A stretch of 63,975 nt of DNA, the filler included, from Asterionella formosa (Eukaryota): NCBI GenBank assembly GCA_002256025.1. It is 24 parts of 24 records of this genome, joined end to end, with 100 filler letters (N's around TTAATTAATTAA, not from the genome) between each part and the next. Parts side by side here need not be neighbours in the genome. Positions count along the whole stretch, not along the records: positions 1 to 2,578 come from NKIB01015099.1; positions 2,679 to 5,256 come from NKIB01015100.1; positions 5,357 to 7,934 come from NKIB01015101.1; positions 8,035 to 10,612 come from NKIB01015102.1; 20 more parts are not named here. One strand, given 5' to 3'. Made by a program: the position numbers and the translations under genes. Position 1 is the first letter of the stretch. Every line of letters begins with the position of its first letter. Positions 1-9,833 of the stretch are shown one piece after another. Below the pieces are notes generated by a model. The model ran no database searches. It saw only the letters and a program-made list of their open reading frames with translations, and was not told the origin of the DNA.

Positions 1-793
1 AGCTGCATAAAAATAATCATTATAATATACCGATCGTAATTTCAAATCAGTACTGGTCACCAGTACAAATATACAAAGGTACAAGATACAAGTACATTCT
101 ACTGTACAGTAAAGTGTTAACATTGTCATACAACCATTATCATTGACATCAAAAACAAACACACCATGACGATCACACTGTCCATTGTTTCTCATTCAAT
201 TCTTGTCCAAGTGGCAACGTCTTTACTCGATTCAATGAACCCAACTCATCTTCAAATATGACATGAACATCTTTTTCGTACCGATACCAATTACATTTTT
301 CAAACCATATCATCATGCCGCAACTGTTGCCGTGCCCACGGAATTGCGAAACCATACCAAAAAGTATTAACGAATATTTCCACTCCACCATGTCATTCAG
401 GACGCACCCACGAATGCGAATTATATATATGACATGCATAACATTATAATAATTTGTAACATTTTAACATGACCATCACTCTGGTAAGTACAACAAAGTT
501 CACTTCTACATATTGATATGAAAAGACAAACAACAGGTACTGATACATTCATTCTCATAACAGTTTCCATCTATATGACTATGTCCAGCCCTAGAAGGGC
601 TGGATGCTATATAGGGAAGACACCTAGAGGCATCTACGCTTTTCCCTGCCCCTGACCCTAACAGATTTGTCTATGGATCAGTACACACGTGAAATTGGTT
701 AGTACCTGGGGTTTGGTACCAGGACATCTGTTTAGTCACATGCATGGAGTAATATTGGCTGTATTGGTACGTGGTACCTGGTACCTCGTTGTT

Positions 794-1750
794 CTATCCA
801 GTAAAATGTCCAAAAAAATCTCCGAAATGAAGTTCAGTAAAGACAGCATTGACCTTGAGAGCCTCTGCAATGGCCTTGTCTCCGTCAATACCAATTGAAT
901 TATTAGAGAGACCAAGTCTAGTCAAGACAGTATTGACCTTGAGAGCCTCTGCAATGGCCTTGGCTCCGTCATCACCAATTGAATTATTAGAGAGATCAAG
1001 TTCAGTCAAGACAGTATTGACCTTGAGAGCCTCTGCAATGGCCTTGGCTCCGTCAACACCAATTAAATTAAAAGAGAGATAAAGTGTAGTCAAGACAGTA
1101 TTGACCTTGAGAGCATCTGCAATGGCCTTGGCTTCGTCATTACCAATTGAATAACGTCCGAGATTAAGTGTAGTCAAACTTGGATCATTCGCTTTCAACC
1201 GTTTGACATCTTCTTCCCATCCAATCTCTGTTGGAAGTGTGCCAGTGAAAGAATTTGAGTCCAAATCTCGATGAGTGAAACCATCGTAAGGCATATCTAG
1301 ATCAGTGAGATTTGTCAAGAGTCCAAAGTACTCTGTGGGAAGTGTACCAGTGAGACTTGTCAAGAGTGTTTCAACCAATGATGATTTAGATTTTGTGAGC
1401 TGAATGGGAGTTACTAACAAGCCAATTACCAAAAATAGCACCAAGGCAGTCCGCACTTGATGTTTACATTGAGCCCTTTCTTCTGCTTTAATGTCAACAA
1501 CAGAGGCACTGGCAAGTTCTGGATCAACCAGCACTAGCTCAGCATTGAATAGTGTTGCACGTTCTAGCTGGTCATGTTCACTCCTAATCTCGTTGGTGTC
1601 AAAATCAGAATCAACATTACCATTCACAAAGGAATAGTTCTGTGAAGATGTCCATAATCCCTGTACTGGAAACGCACCAGGACCAGGAAATGAATCAACT
1701 CCGAGATTCAAACATTCTGTTTCCTTTTTCCAACCAAATGCTCTTAGCAT
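794..1750 (-). CDS. Chimeric LRR protein: membrane-receptor-type N-terminus, two TGTLPTE-type LRRs, then RI/NLRC3-like 28-aa LRRs; possibly a pseudogene
   Basis: PGAFPV motif, hydrophobic TM (TALVLFLVIGLLV), SLTGTLPTE and SFTGTLPTEIG, then repeats of AKAIAEALKVNTVLTxLxLxxNxIGxDG. First ATG at 1750; the last repeat breaks off. Confidence 0.65.
   Translation of the reverse strand: MLRAFGWKKETECLNLGVDSFPGPGAFPVQGLWTSSQNYSFVNGNVDSDFDTNEIRSEHDQLERATLFNAELVLVDPELASASVVDIKAEERAQCKHQVRTALVLFLVIGLLVTPIQLTKSKSSLVETLLTSLTGTLPTEYFGLLTNLTDLDMPYDGFTHRDLDSNSFTGTLPTEIGWEEDVKRLKANDPSLTTLNLGRYSIGNDEAKAIADALKVNTVLTTLYLSFNLIGVDGAKAIAEALKVNTVLTELDLSNNSIGDDGAKAIAEALKVNTVLTRLGLSNNSIGIDGDKAIAEALKVNAVFTELHFGDFFGHFTG
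841..1176 (-). repeat. 84-bp coding tandem repeat, about 4 copies (RI-like LRR units)
   Basis: AGACAG(C/T)ATTGACCTTGAGAGC recurs at 841, 925, 1009 and 1093. Confidence 0.95.
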
Positions 1751-1788
1751 TGTCAATGTCGTCTTGAATGTAATGAGAGTTGTCTATT

Positions 1789-1844
1789 GTTTATTCGAGC
1801 TACTTCTTTGGTTTATTCGAGCTACTTCTTCGGTTTATTCGAGC
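1789..1844. repeat. 22-bp tandem repeat, 2.5 copies, just upstream of the LRR ORF
   Basis: GTTTATTCGAGC at 1789, 1811 and 1833. Confidence 0.85.
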
Positions 1845-2499
1845 GACTTTATTGTTTGTGTCAAAAACTCCTTTTCCCGTCGTCGTTGTCGTCGTTTTAG
1901 TCGTGATTGAAAAGTAATTCTTCAGCCCTTCTACCAAAGTAGTGTCTCTACCACTTGTCGTAGAATTCTACGCAACTCATTCCTCCTGCATGCCGAAACC
2001 TGTTCGTATATGTAAACATAACATTCATTTGCGTGCATGTCGTATGATGTCGCTCGTGTTTGTAATTCTTGACACTTGTCAATCACAGTTAGTACCTGAA
2101 ATAATTTCTCTACCACCTGATGTCGTTGAGTTCTACATGAAATCATCACCATGATGATGCCGGAACTTTTGTCCATCATAAAATATGTTTGTACATATGC
2201 CCTTCGTGATAGTAAAGCGGTATCAGTACAACAGGTACATTTATTGGAAAAATACCATGTGGTACCACTCCACATGGTTCGTTATAATCGTTATATAGGA
2301 GAAGGTTGAAGTTTATTCCAATGTATGTATGATACCAGTATTTAACATAGATTAATGACCCCGAGGGTCTTATTCAGCTAAGCAAAATTCCGGACATGAT
2401 ATGTGAATTTTTCCCTTTCCACTCCTACTGACAAAATGTTGGAACGATAACAATACTTCCTGACTCAAAACGTCCTTTATTTTTGTGATCGCTGTTTGA

Positions 2500-2578
2500 G
2501 GCCGTTGCTAACCGTTGACCCAAACCAAAACCCAAAAACTATTTTTGGATTGGTTTTGGTTTTGGTTTTGGTCAACTG
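2500..2578 (+). mobile_element. Terminus of a putative PIF/Harbinger-type MITE with an internal hairpin
   Basis: GGCCGTTGCTAAC also occurs at the end of another contig (29312..29324, preceded by TTA). Here it is preceded by TGA and followed by an imperfect inverted repeat GTTGACCCAAACCAAAACC...GGTTTTGGTTTTGGTCAAC. Both copies lie at contig ends, as expected for a repeat that breaks the assembly. Confidence 0.5.
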
Positions 2579-2678
2579 NNNNNNNNNNNNNNNNNNNNNN
2601 NNNNNNNNNNNNNNNNNNNNNNTTAATTAATTAANNNNNNNNNNNNNNNNNNNNNNNNNNNNNNNNNNNNNNNNNNNN

Positions 2679-2766
2679 AAAAGTAACATAATATTTTAAA
2701 AAAGTAGCATAAATACGTCACTTTAGACATAAATTCGAAAAAGTGCCGTAAACGGCGTCTTAGATG
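2679..2766 (-). mobile_element. Terminus of a CATCTAAG DNA transposon inserted into a Copia gag
   Basis: The reverse complement is nearly identical to 55014 onward (CATCTAAGACGCCGTTTACGGCAC...) and it truncates the gag ORF. Confidence 0.8.
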
Positions 2767-3373
2767 CAAGTAACAGTGTTTGCACACGTCTCGTATCCGC
2801 AATGTAATACTGACCGTTAAGGGGGGCACGATGGATCATGCGCTCGTTGAATGAGCCATAATCGGCCTCAGCTTCGGGATCCTCCGCTTCTTTTACCACA
2901 TAAGACAATGGTATGCCGCTAACGCCGGGAATGACAGCCAAGTAGTTGATAAAGGCCTTTTCCCACTCAGGCCACTTCCTCTCATCTTTGAATTTTTCCG
3001 GATCGGCAGCCTTGGAATTAGTAGCCACAAGATCTATGTCGGACTTCCTGATCTGCGCAAGGCTCAACGATTGATACAGAATCTCAACATTGAAATCGTT
3101 GTGGTCCGGAACATCGTTAACTCGATGACAATCCTGGACCCAATGCATAACGCCTGTCAATTTCTTTGTGCGTCCAAGTCCAAAAACAATCTTACCGTTT
3201 GCCATGCTACGCTTCGCAAATTCGTCCGCCATGTCACGAATGTCCTTTTCTACTAGATAACGGAAGTCCTCAAACTCGCTAATACCTGCTGCCATGATGT
3301 TCATACATTCGACAGCGACCTCAAAACCGATTGCCAACAGAACGTGGGCGACTCCGACCAAGTTATTCGCCAT
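2767..3373 (-). mobile_element. gag: Ty1/Copia (diatom CoDi-like) gag N-terminal part, truncated by an insertion
   Basis: Motifs KWPEWEKAFINYLAVIPGVSGIPLSYVV and APLNGQYYIAD, typical of diatom Copia gag; the last 13 aa of the ORF come from the inserted element. Confidence 0.75.
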
Positions 3374-3498
3374 GATAATGAGTGGATTTGCTGGGAAAAG
3401 AGAATGATAGTATTTCGCAAACGCAAACGCATGTCGTCAGTGGATTCCCGCTGTAACAAATAGTACTTGTGTGCAGGCAGCACAGTTACGCCAATGCC

Positions 3499-3617
3499 GT
3501 CGTTGAGTGATCAGTTCAACTCCGGCCACAATCGCTATCGCTCTCTGGTCGTCTGTGGTCGTTGAGTGATCAGTTCAACTCCGGCCACAATCGCTATTGC
3601 TCGCTGGTCGTCTGCGG
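3499..3617. repeat. 59-bp tandem duplication in the retrotransposon leader (second copy of the locus at 6177..6295)
   Basis: GTCGTTGAGTGATCAGTTCAACTCCGGCCACAATCGCTAT occurs twice. Confidence 0.9.
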
Positions 3618-3853
3618 ATACCCGTCGGTACGACTCAAGTGCACACGGTCACCGACGCCTGCGAATGATCATCATCATCCAAATTCGGTACGCACACATG
3701 ACACTACATACTGAATATGAAAAATTCGTTACGAACACGTAACGCCAGACGCCTTGTCTCGATGGTTCGAATTCGACGCTCCTATTTGCTCGCACTGTAC
3801 GCTCTTCTCCGATTCAAAGATAACTCAAGTGGTCATCGTTAGAGCGCTGGGTC

Positions 3854-4250
3854 TGATAAACCGAAGAAATACGCTAGTGTGGTCGGCAGAACAACTTACA
3901 TGGTGCAAAAGGAAAGAAAGATAAAGGTTATACACCTACGCCGTTCTAGCGCATTCGCTGCTCCAAGCTTGCACGCTGTACTATCGCTAAAACACTCTAA
4001 TGGCTAGTTAGTCCCCTGTACCGTATGACACGATACGTTCATCCACGCGCCCACACTGCACTGCAATATTCGTTCACCCGTACATAGTATTTTCCACGAT
4101 AAACGAATCTTCTTTTTGCAGACCTCCCTTGAGAATATTGCTTGCGAAGTTTTGCTTGTTCGTTTGATGCTTTGTTCTTTTCTTCTCCACACAATCTTGT
4201 CCTTGCCTTACTGTTGTGATTATTCTGCGCACTAAACACAATATACAACA
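3854..4250 (-). mobile_element. Putative 5' LTR (397 bp) of the Copia element
   Basis: On the minus strand it starts TGTTGTAT and ends TTTATCA, lies upstream of gag and is followed by a tRNA-complementary-looking tract. The second LTR is not in the window. Confidence 0.6.
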
Positions 4251-4259
4251 AGCAGCAGT

Positions 4260-5256
4260 ATGAAAGAAGACAGCAAGGAAGTCAAGAAAGGCAGCCAATA
4301 TGATCACGTAAGGTCAGTGAAACCTTCTGGCACTGCAAAACAGAAGAGCGATTATGCCAGCAGGGTATCTTTTGCTGACGAAGCAAAGGAGGAAGAACGA
4401 GCTCGGGACTCTGAATCTTCACATGGAGAAGACATTAATGGAAAGGAATATGTTAACCACAGGGCTGGACCAGCGCCTAACATTTTGCAGGAGGATTCTC
4501 CTGCGGTGGTGGAGCATGAAGAACCAGGAGCACCTCCACAAACACTTCCTGGAGCAGTCGCAGTGGGAGGGAGTGGTCATGCAAGGTCAAGTGCCGACGA
4601 TGAATGGTCTTTGGAGGAGTCCCAGGGAATAAGTCAGCAACCACTCGCCATGCATAGCATAGAGGGAGGCCAACATGAGGCCGTGAGTGCCATTCTAGTT
4701 GATGAATCTGCCCCTGATATTCCTGCAAGGGTAGCAATTGTCGATGCTGAAGCTGAAGCGAAGGCCCAACGTCGCCGTAGCATGATTAACATCATGGTAT
4801 CTTGTGGACTCACAAGTCTTGTTGCGATTGTTGCTGCTGTAGTTGCAGTTGTGCTTACTCGGAACAAGTCAGGCAATGAGACATTGGCTCCTTTCACATC
4901 GAATCCAACATCAGTTCCTCCATCACCAAGTCCAACTTCTGTTTTGTTCCTCTTTTTATCTGAGAACTCGTTTGATAATGGGGCTGCACTTTTGACTGAC
5001 GGCTCCCCACAGCAGCAGGCAATGATCTGGTTAGAAAGTGAGCAAGGTACTGCAGAAATCATGGATACTGAATTACTCCAAATCTATGCCTTGGTGACCC
5101 TTTATTATGCAACCTCTGGAAACCAGGGGTTCAACCAAGGTTATAATGACCAATTCAATAGCAGGTCTTCATGGCTATTTAGTATCAACAATTATTGTGA
5201 GTGGTTTGGATTGACTTGCAATGCAGATAAAAGCCAGCTCCTTAAAATGAATTTGA
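4260..5256 (+). CDS. Diatom-type single-pass LRR receptor-like protein, N-terminal part (3'-truncated)
   Basis: PGAVAV motif, TM segment (LVAIVAAVVAVVL), PT/PS linker, and the LRR N-cap SPQQQAMIWL...QIYALVTLYYATSG...W...CEWFGLTC; open to the contig end. Confidence 0.8.
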
Positions 5257-5356
5257 NNNNNNNNNNNNNNNNNNNNNNNNNNNNNNNNNNNNNNNNNNNN
5301 TTAATTAATTAANNNNNNNNNNNNNNNNNNNNNNNNNNNNNNNNNNNNNNNNNNNN

Positions 5357-5444
5357 AAAAGTAACATAATATTTTAAAAAAGTAGCATAAATACGTCACT
5401 TTAGACATAAATTCGAAAAAGTGCCGTAAACGGCGTCTTAGATG
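5357..5444 (-). mobile_element. CATCTAAG transposon terminus (copy 2)
   Basis: Identical to 2679..2766. Confidence 0.8.
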
Positions 5445-6051
5445 CAAGTAACAGTGTTTGCACACGTCTCGCATCCGCAATGTAATACTGACCGTTAAGG
5501 GGGGCACGATGGATCATGCGCTCGTTGAATGAGCCATAATCGGCCTCAGCTTCGGGATCCTCTGCTTCTTTTACCACATAAGACAATGGTATGCCGCTAA
5601 CGCCGGGAATGACAGCCAAGTAGTTGATAAAGGCCTTTTCCCACTCAGGCCACTTCCTCTCATCTTTGAATTTTTCCGGATCGGCAGCCTTGGAATTAGT
5701 AGCCACAAGATCTATGTCGGACTTCCTGATCTGCGCAAGGCTCAACGATTGATACAGAATCTCAACATTGAAATCGTTGTGGTCCGGAACATCGTTAACT
5801 CGATGACAATCCTGGACCCAATGCATAACGCCTGTCAATTTCTTTGTGCGTCCAAGTCCAAAAACAATCTTACCGTTTGCCATGCTACGCTTCACAAATT
5901 CGTCTGCCATGTCACGAATGTCCTTTTCTACTAGATAACGGAAGTCCTCAAACTCGCTAATACCTGCTGCCATGATGTTCATACATTCGACAGCGACCTC
6001 AAAACCGATTGCCAACAGAACGTGGGCGACTCCGACCAAGTTATTCGCCAT
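5445..6051 (-). mobile_element. gag: Copia gag N-terminal part (copy 2)
   Basis: Same as 2767..3373 with two amino-acid differences. Confidence 0.75.
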
Positions 6052-6531
6052 GATAATGAGTGGATTTGCTGGGAAAAGAGAATGATAGTATTTCGCAAAC
6101 GCAAACGCATGTCGTCAGTGGATTCCCGCTGTAACAAATAGTACTTGTGTGCAGGCAGCACAGTTACGCCAATGCCGTCGTTGAGTGATCAGTTCAACTC
6201 CGGCCACAATCGCTATCGCTCTCTGGTCGTCTGTGGTCGTTGAGTGATCAGTTCAACTCCGGCCACAATCGCTATTGCTCGCTGGTCGTCTGCGGATACC
6301 CGTCGGTACGACTCAAGTGCACACGGTCACCGACGCCTGCGAATGATCATCATCATCCAAATTCGGTACGCACACATGACACTACATACTGAATATGAAA
6401 AATTCGTTACGAACACGTAACGCCAGACGCCTTGTCTCGATGGTTCGAATTCGACGCTCCTATTTGCTCGCACTGTACGCTCTTCTCCGATTCAAAGATA
6501 ACTCAAGTGGTCATCGTTAGAGCGCTGGGTC

Positions 6532-6928
6532 TGATAAACCGAAGAAATACGCTAGTGTGGTCGGCAGAACAACTTACATGGTGCAAAAGGAAAGAAAGAT
6601 AAAGGTTATACACCTACGCCGTTCTAGCGCATTCGCTGCTCCAAGCTTGCACGCTGTACTATCGCTAAAACACTCTAATGGCTAGTTAGTCCCCTGTACC
6701 GTATGACACGATACGTTCATCCACGCGCCCACACTGCACTGCAATATTCGTTCACCCGTACATAGTATTTTCCACGATAAACGAATCTTCTTTTTGCAGA
6801 CCTCCCTTGAGAATATTGCTTGCGAAGTTTTGCTTGTTCGTTTGATGCTTTGTTCTTTTCTTCTCCACACAATCTTGTCCTTGCCTTACTGTTGTGATTA
6901 TTCTGCGCACTAAACACAATATACAACA
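6532..6928 (-). mobile_element. Putative Copia 5' LTR (copy 2)
   Basis: Same as 3854..4250. Confidence 0.6.
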
Positions 6929-6937
6929 AGCAGCAGT

Positions 6938-7934
6938 ATGAAAGAAGACAGCAAGGAAGTCAAGAAAGGCAGCCAATATGATCACGTAAGGTCAGTGAAA
7001 CCTTCTGGCACTGCAAAACAGAAGAGCGATTATGCCAGCAGGGTATCTTTTGCTGACGAAGCAAAGGAGGAAGAACGAGCTCGGGACTCTGAATCTTCAC
7101 ATGGAGAAGACATTAATGGAAAGGAATATGTTAACCACAGGGCTGGACCAGCGCCTAACATTTTGCAGGAGGATTCTCCTGCGGTGGTGGAGCATGAAGA
7201 ACCAGGAGCACCTCCACAAACACTTCCTGGAGCAGTCGCAGTGGGAGGGAGTGGTCATGCAAGGTCAAGTGCCGACGATGAATGGTCTTTGGAGGAGTCC
7301 CAGGGAATAAGTCAGCAACCACTCGCCATGCATAGCATAGAGGGAGGCCAACATGAGGCCGTGAGTGCCATTCTAGTTGATGAATCTGCCCCTGATATTC
7401 CTGCAAGGGTAGCAATTGTCGATGCTGAAGCTGAAGCGAAGGCCCAACGTCGCCGTAGCATGATTAACATCATGGTATCTTGTGGACTCACAAGTCTTGT
7501 TGCGATTGTTGCTGCTGTAGTTGCAGTTGTGCTTACTCGGAACAAGTCAGGCAATGAGACATTGGCTCCTTTCACATCGAATCCAACATCAGTTCCTCCA
7601 TCACCAAGTCCAACTTCTGTTTTGTTCCTCTTTTTATCTGAGAACTCGTTTGATAATGGGGCTGCACTTTTGACTGACGGCTCCCCACAGCAGCAGGCAA
7701 TGATCTGGTTAGAAAGTGAGCAAGGTACTGCAGAAATCATGGATACTGAATTACTCCAAATCTATGCCTTGGTGACCCTTTATTATGCAACCTCTGGAAA
7801 CCAGGGGTTCAACCAAGGTTATAATGACCAATTCAATAGCAGGTCTTCATGGCTATTTAGTATCAACAATTATTGTGAGTGGTTTGGATTGACTTGCAAT
7901 GCAGATAAAAGCCAGCTCCTTAAAATGAATTTGA
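6938..7934 (+). CDS. LRR receptor-like protein, N-terminal part (copy 2)
   Basis: Translation identical to 4260..5256. Confidence 0.8.
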
Positions 7935-8034
7935 NNNNNNNNNNNNNNNNNNNNNNNNNNNNNNNNNNNNNNNNNNNNTTAATTAATTAANNNNNNNNNN
8001 NNNNNNNNNNNNNNNNNNNNNNNNNNNNNNNNNN

Positions 8035-8342
8035 TTTACTAGGCCAAATAAACGAGTTAGCCCGGTAAAATCCACTATTTTCAGCATAGTTAAAAAAACC
8101 GAAGTTCCTTTCTGCAGTTTCTCGCCAGATCCTATATCCTGACGATATATAGCGTTGACCTATACCCCTACTTTGATAAATGACTGTATTTAAGCATGTG
8201 GAAAGGGTGTGTATTGGTGAAAGCTCCGTTTAGCGATATACATTTACGTTTTACTCGTAAGAAGTCTATGTTTGACTACTCTGACTTAATATTTTTTTTT
8301 TAACCCTACCTCGAGCTAGGGGTTCAAATGCAGGAACCTTAA
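8035..8342 (-). mobile_element. Terminus of a TTAA-flanked DNA transposon (Kolobok-like)
   Basis: The reverse complement matches 11144..11450; homology ends exactly at ...GCAGGAACC|TTAA (8339..8342). Confidence 0.7.
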
Positions 8343-9376
8343 TTGAAAATCAGGGTGCAGCAAGATGTTGTAGTTCAGGGGGAACCACCATCCTTGTTCG
8401 AAAATCGGTTTCTTGTTTGTCACAATATTTGCAAAGGATATTCACCAGTCCAACAATGTTGACCGTATTAATTGTAAGTTCTTCTTGCCTGTAATCTGCT
8501 TTTAAGGTAAGAAATTTTCATTTTGCCTGGTTTTGGAGGTGCTTTAAAGGTCATGATCATTGGTAGTATTGCGAGCGGTGATTATTGTATATGCCTTTAA
8601 AAATTTTACAATTATTTGGGCGTGCCAGGAATTCCAATTTGACATTTTTCCAGCACATGTGAATTTATCTCTTATGGCGCATGAGCGAAAGAATAATGAC
8701 ATCAAAGCCATGATGTGAATGATTATTTCGGGATGCTAAACTCATTTTCTAGCCGAATTATATTCCATTTCACCTTAACACGTACTATATGAAAGGTAAA
8801 GCTGGCTCAATAGAGTTAAGTTTAAAAATGTCGACAGAAACCTTTGGGTAATAATACCTAATTAACAATGTACACAATGCAACAATACACGTGCGCAAGT
8901 AATTATTTGCTTTATGAATCTGAAAAACTCGTTTGTGAAAATAAATTCTGTATCTTGCAAACTATGTTCAATTCATGCTTTTGCTTTGTTTAGTGGTGGC
9001 TTACAGTTCAAAAGTCGCGATAGCGGTTGCTTACATTTTTCAACTGGTAGCTAGAATTCAACAAAGCCACATGCCGAGTACCAGTACAAAGTAAGCATAT
9101 GACATACATACCCTACTAGGGAAGGTCCGATGATGATTGAGATATTTAGCTAGCTAGCACAACTTTTTCCTTAGCTGAACCTCTCTAACTGGAACCCAAT
9201 CATCATTCGAGGACCAGCCCAGCCAGGATGCAACGACTGGGTAATTTCGAACTCGAGTGCTGATTATCACAAGGTGGTTTCATTGGTCTTTTGAAACCAT
9301 GCATCGCTCATGCATGGTCACAGCCAGGTCCCTTGCTTGTAAAGTCAGATGATGAATCACACTACATAATCCAATA

Positions 9377-9798
9377 CATATATAAAATGATAATCTGTTT
9401 TATTACCCATTTGTACTCCTCTTTTTCAAGGCAAGTATTCATTGTGCTAGCTCCTGCCAACAAGAGCTATCTGTGCATACCTTCTAGTTTTGTTAGTGTA
9501 GGAGGTGAGTCGCCAACAACCAGCATCTTTTGCGAAAGTTGATTGTCTGTCTTTGCAGCAGCGTTAGGGGAAATGCCGACCGCCTGCTAGAAAGGCGGCA
9601 CAAAGGTGCTTATAGTAGTGGTGGGCAACCCACTATTTCTTGAACACCACCAGGAAAGACTGTGCGGGACAGCACTAAGGTGTGTGGGAGTTGAACCCAA
9701 CCATTGCATCTCAAAATAATGCGAGAATCGAACCACATAACTTCAGGATCAAAGGCAAGCAATGGGGGGCTCGACCAACTAAGCCATCATTCCCTCCT
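9377..9798 (-). mobile_element. Candidate tRNA-derived SINE
   Basis: The minus strand has an A box TGGCTTAGTTGG, B-box-like GGTTCGATTCT and GGTTCAACTCC, and AATAAA near the 3' end; it is flanked by the 14-bp direct repeat TACATAATCCAATA (9363 and 9799). Confidence 0.45.
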
Positions 9799-9833
9799 TA
9801 CATAATCCAATAAATATAGAATGACAGTAAAAT

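Larger units (their letters stand above)
5357..7934. repeat. Near-identical second copy of contig 2679..5256 (haplotype bubble or recent duplication)
   Basis: Same length, offset 2678; only four substitutions were seen by eye. Confidence 0.95.

Noticed and set aside
584..604. Perfect 9-bp hairpin TCCAGCCCT-AGA-AGGGCTGGA as a Helitron end or terminator
   Set aside because: No CTRR end at the expected distance, no second copy, and the context is eukaryotic.
2579..2678. Regularly spaced TTAATTAATTAA motif, and ORFs ending or starting in X-runs or LIN
   Set aside because: Artificial contig linker; ORFs crossing it are artefacts.
2679..7934. Apparent tandem duplications (also 34761..39995)
   Set aside because: Adjacency results from sorting contigs by length; these are separate contigs, probably haplotypes or TE copies.
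9680..9795. Functional tRNA gene
   Set aside because: A and B boxes are present but the acceptor and T stems do not pair; reported as a SINE candidate instead.
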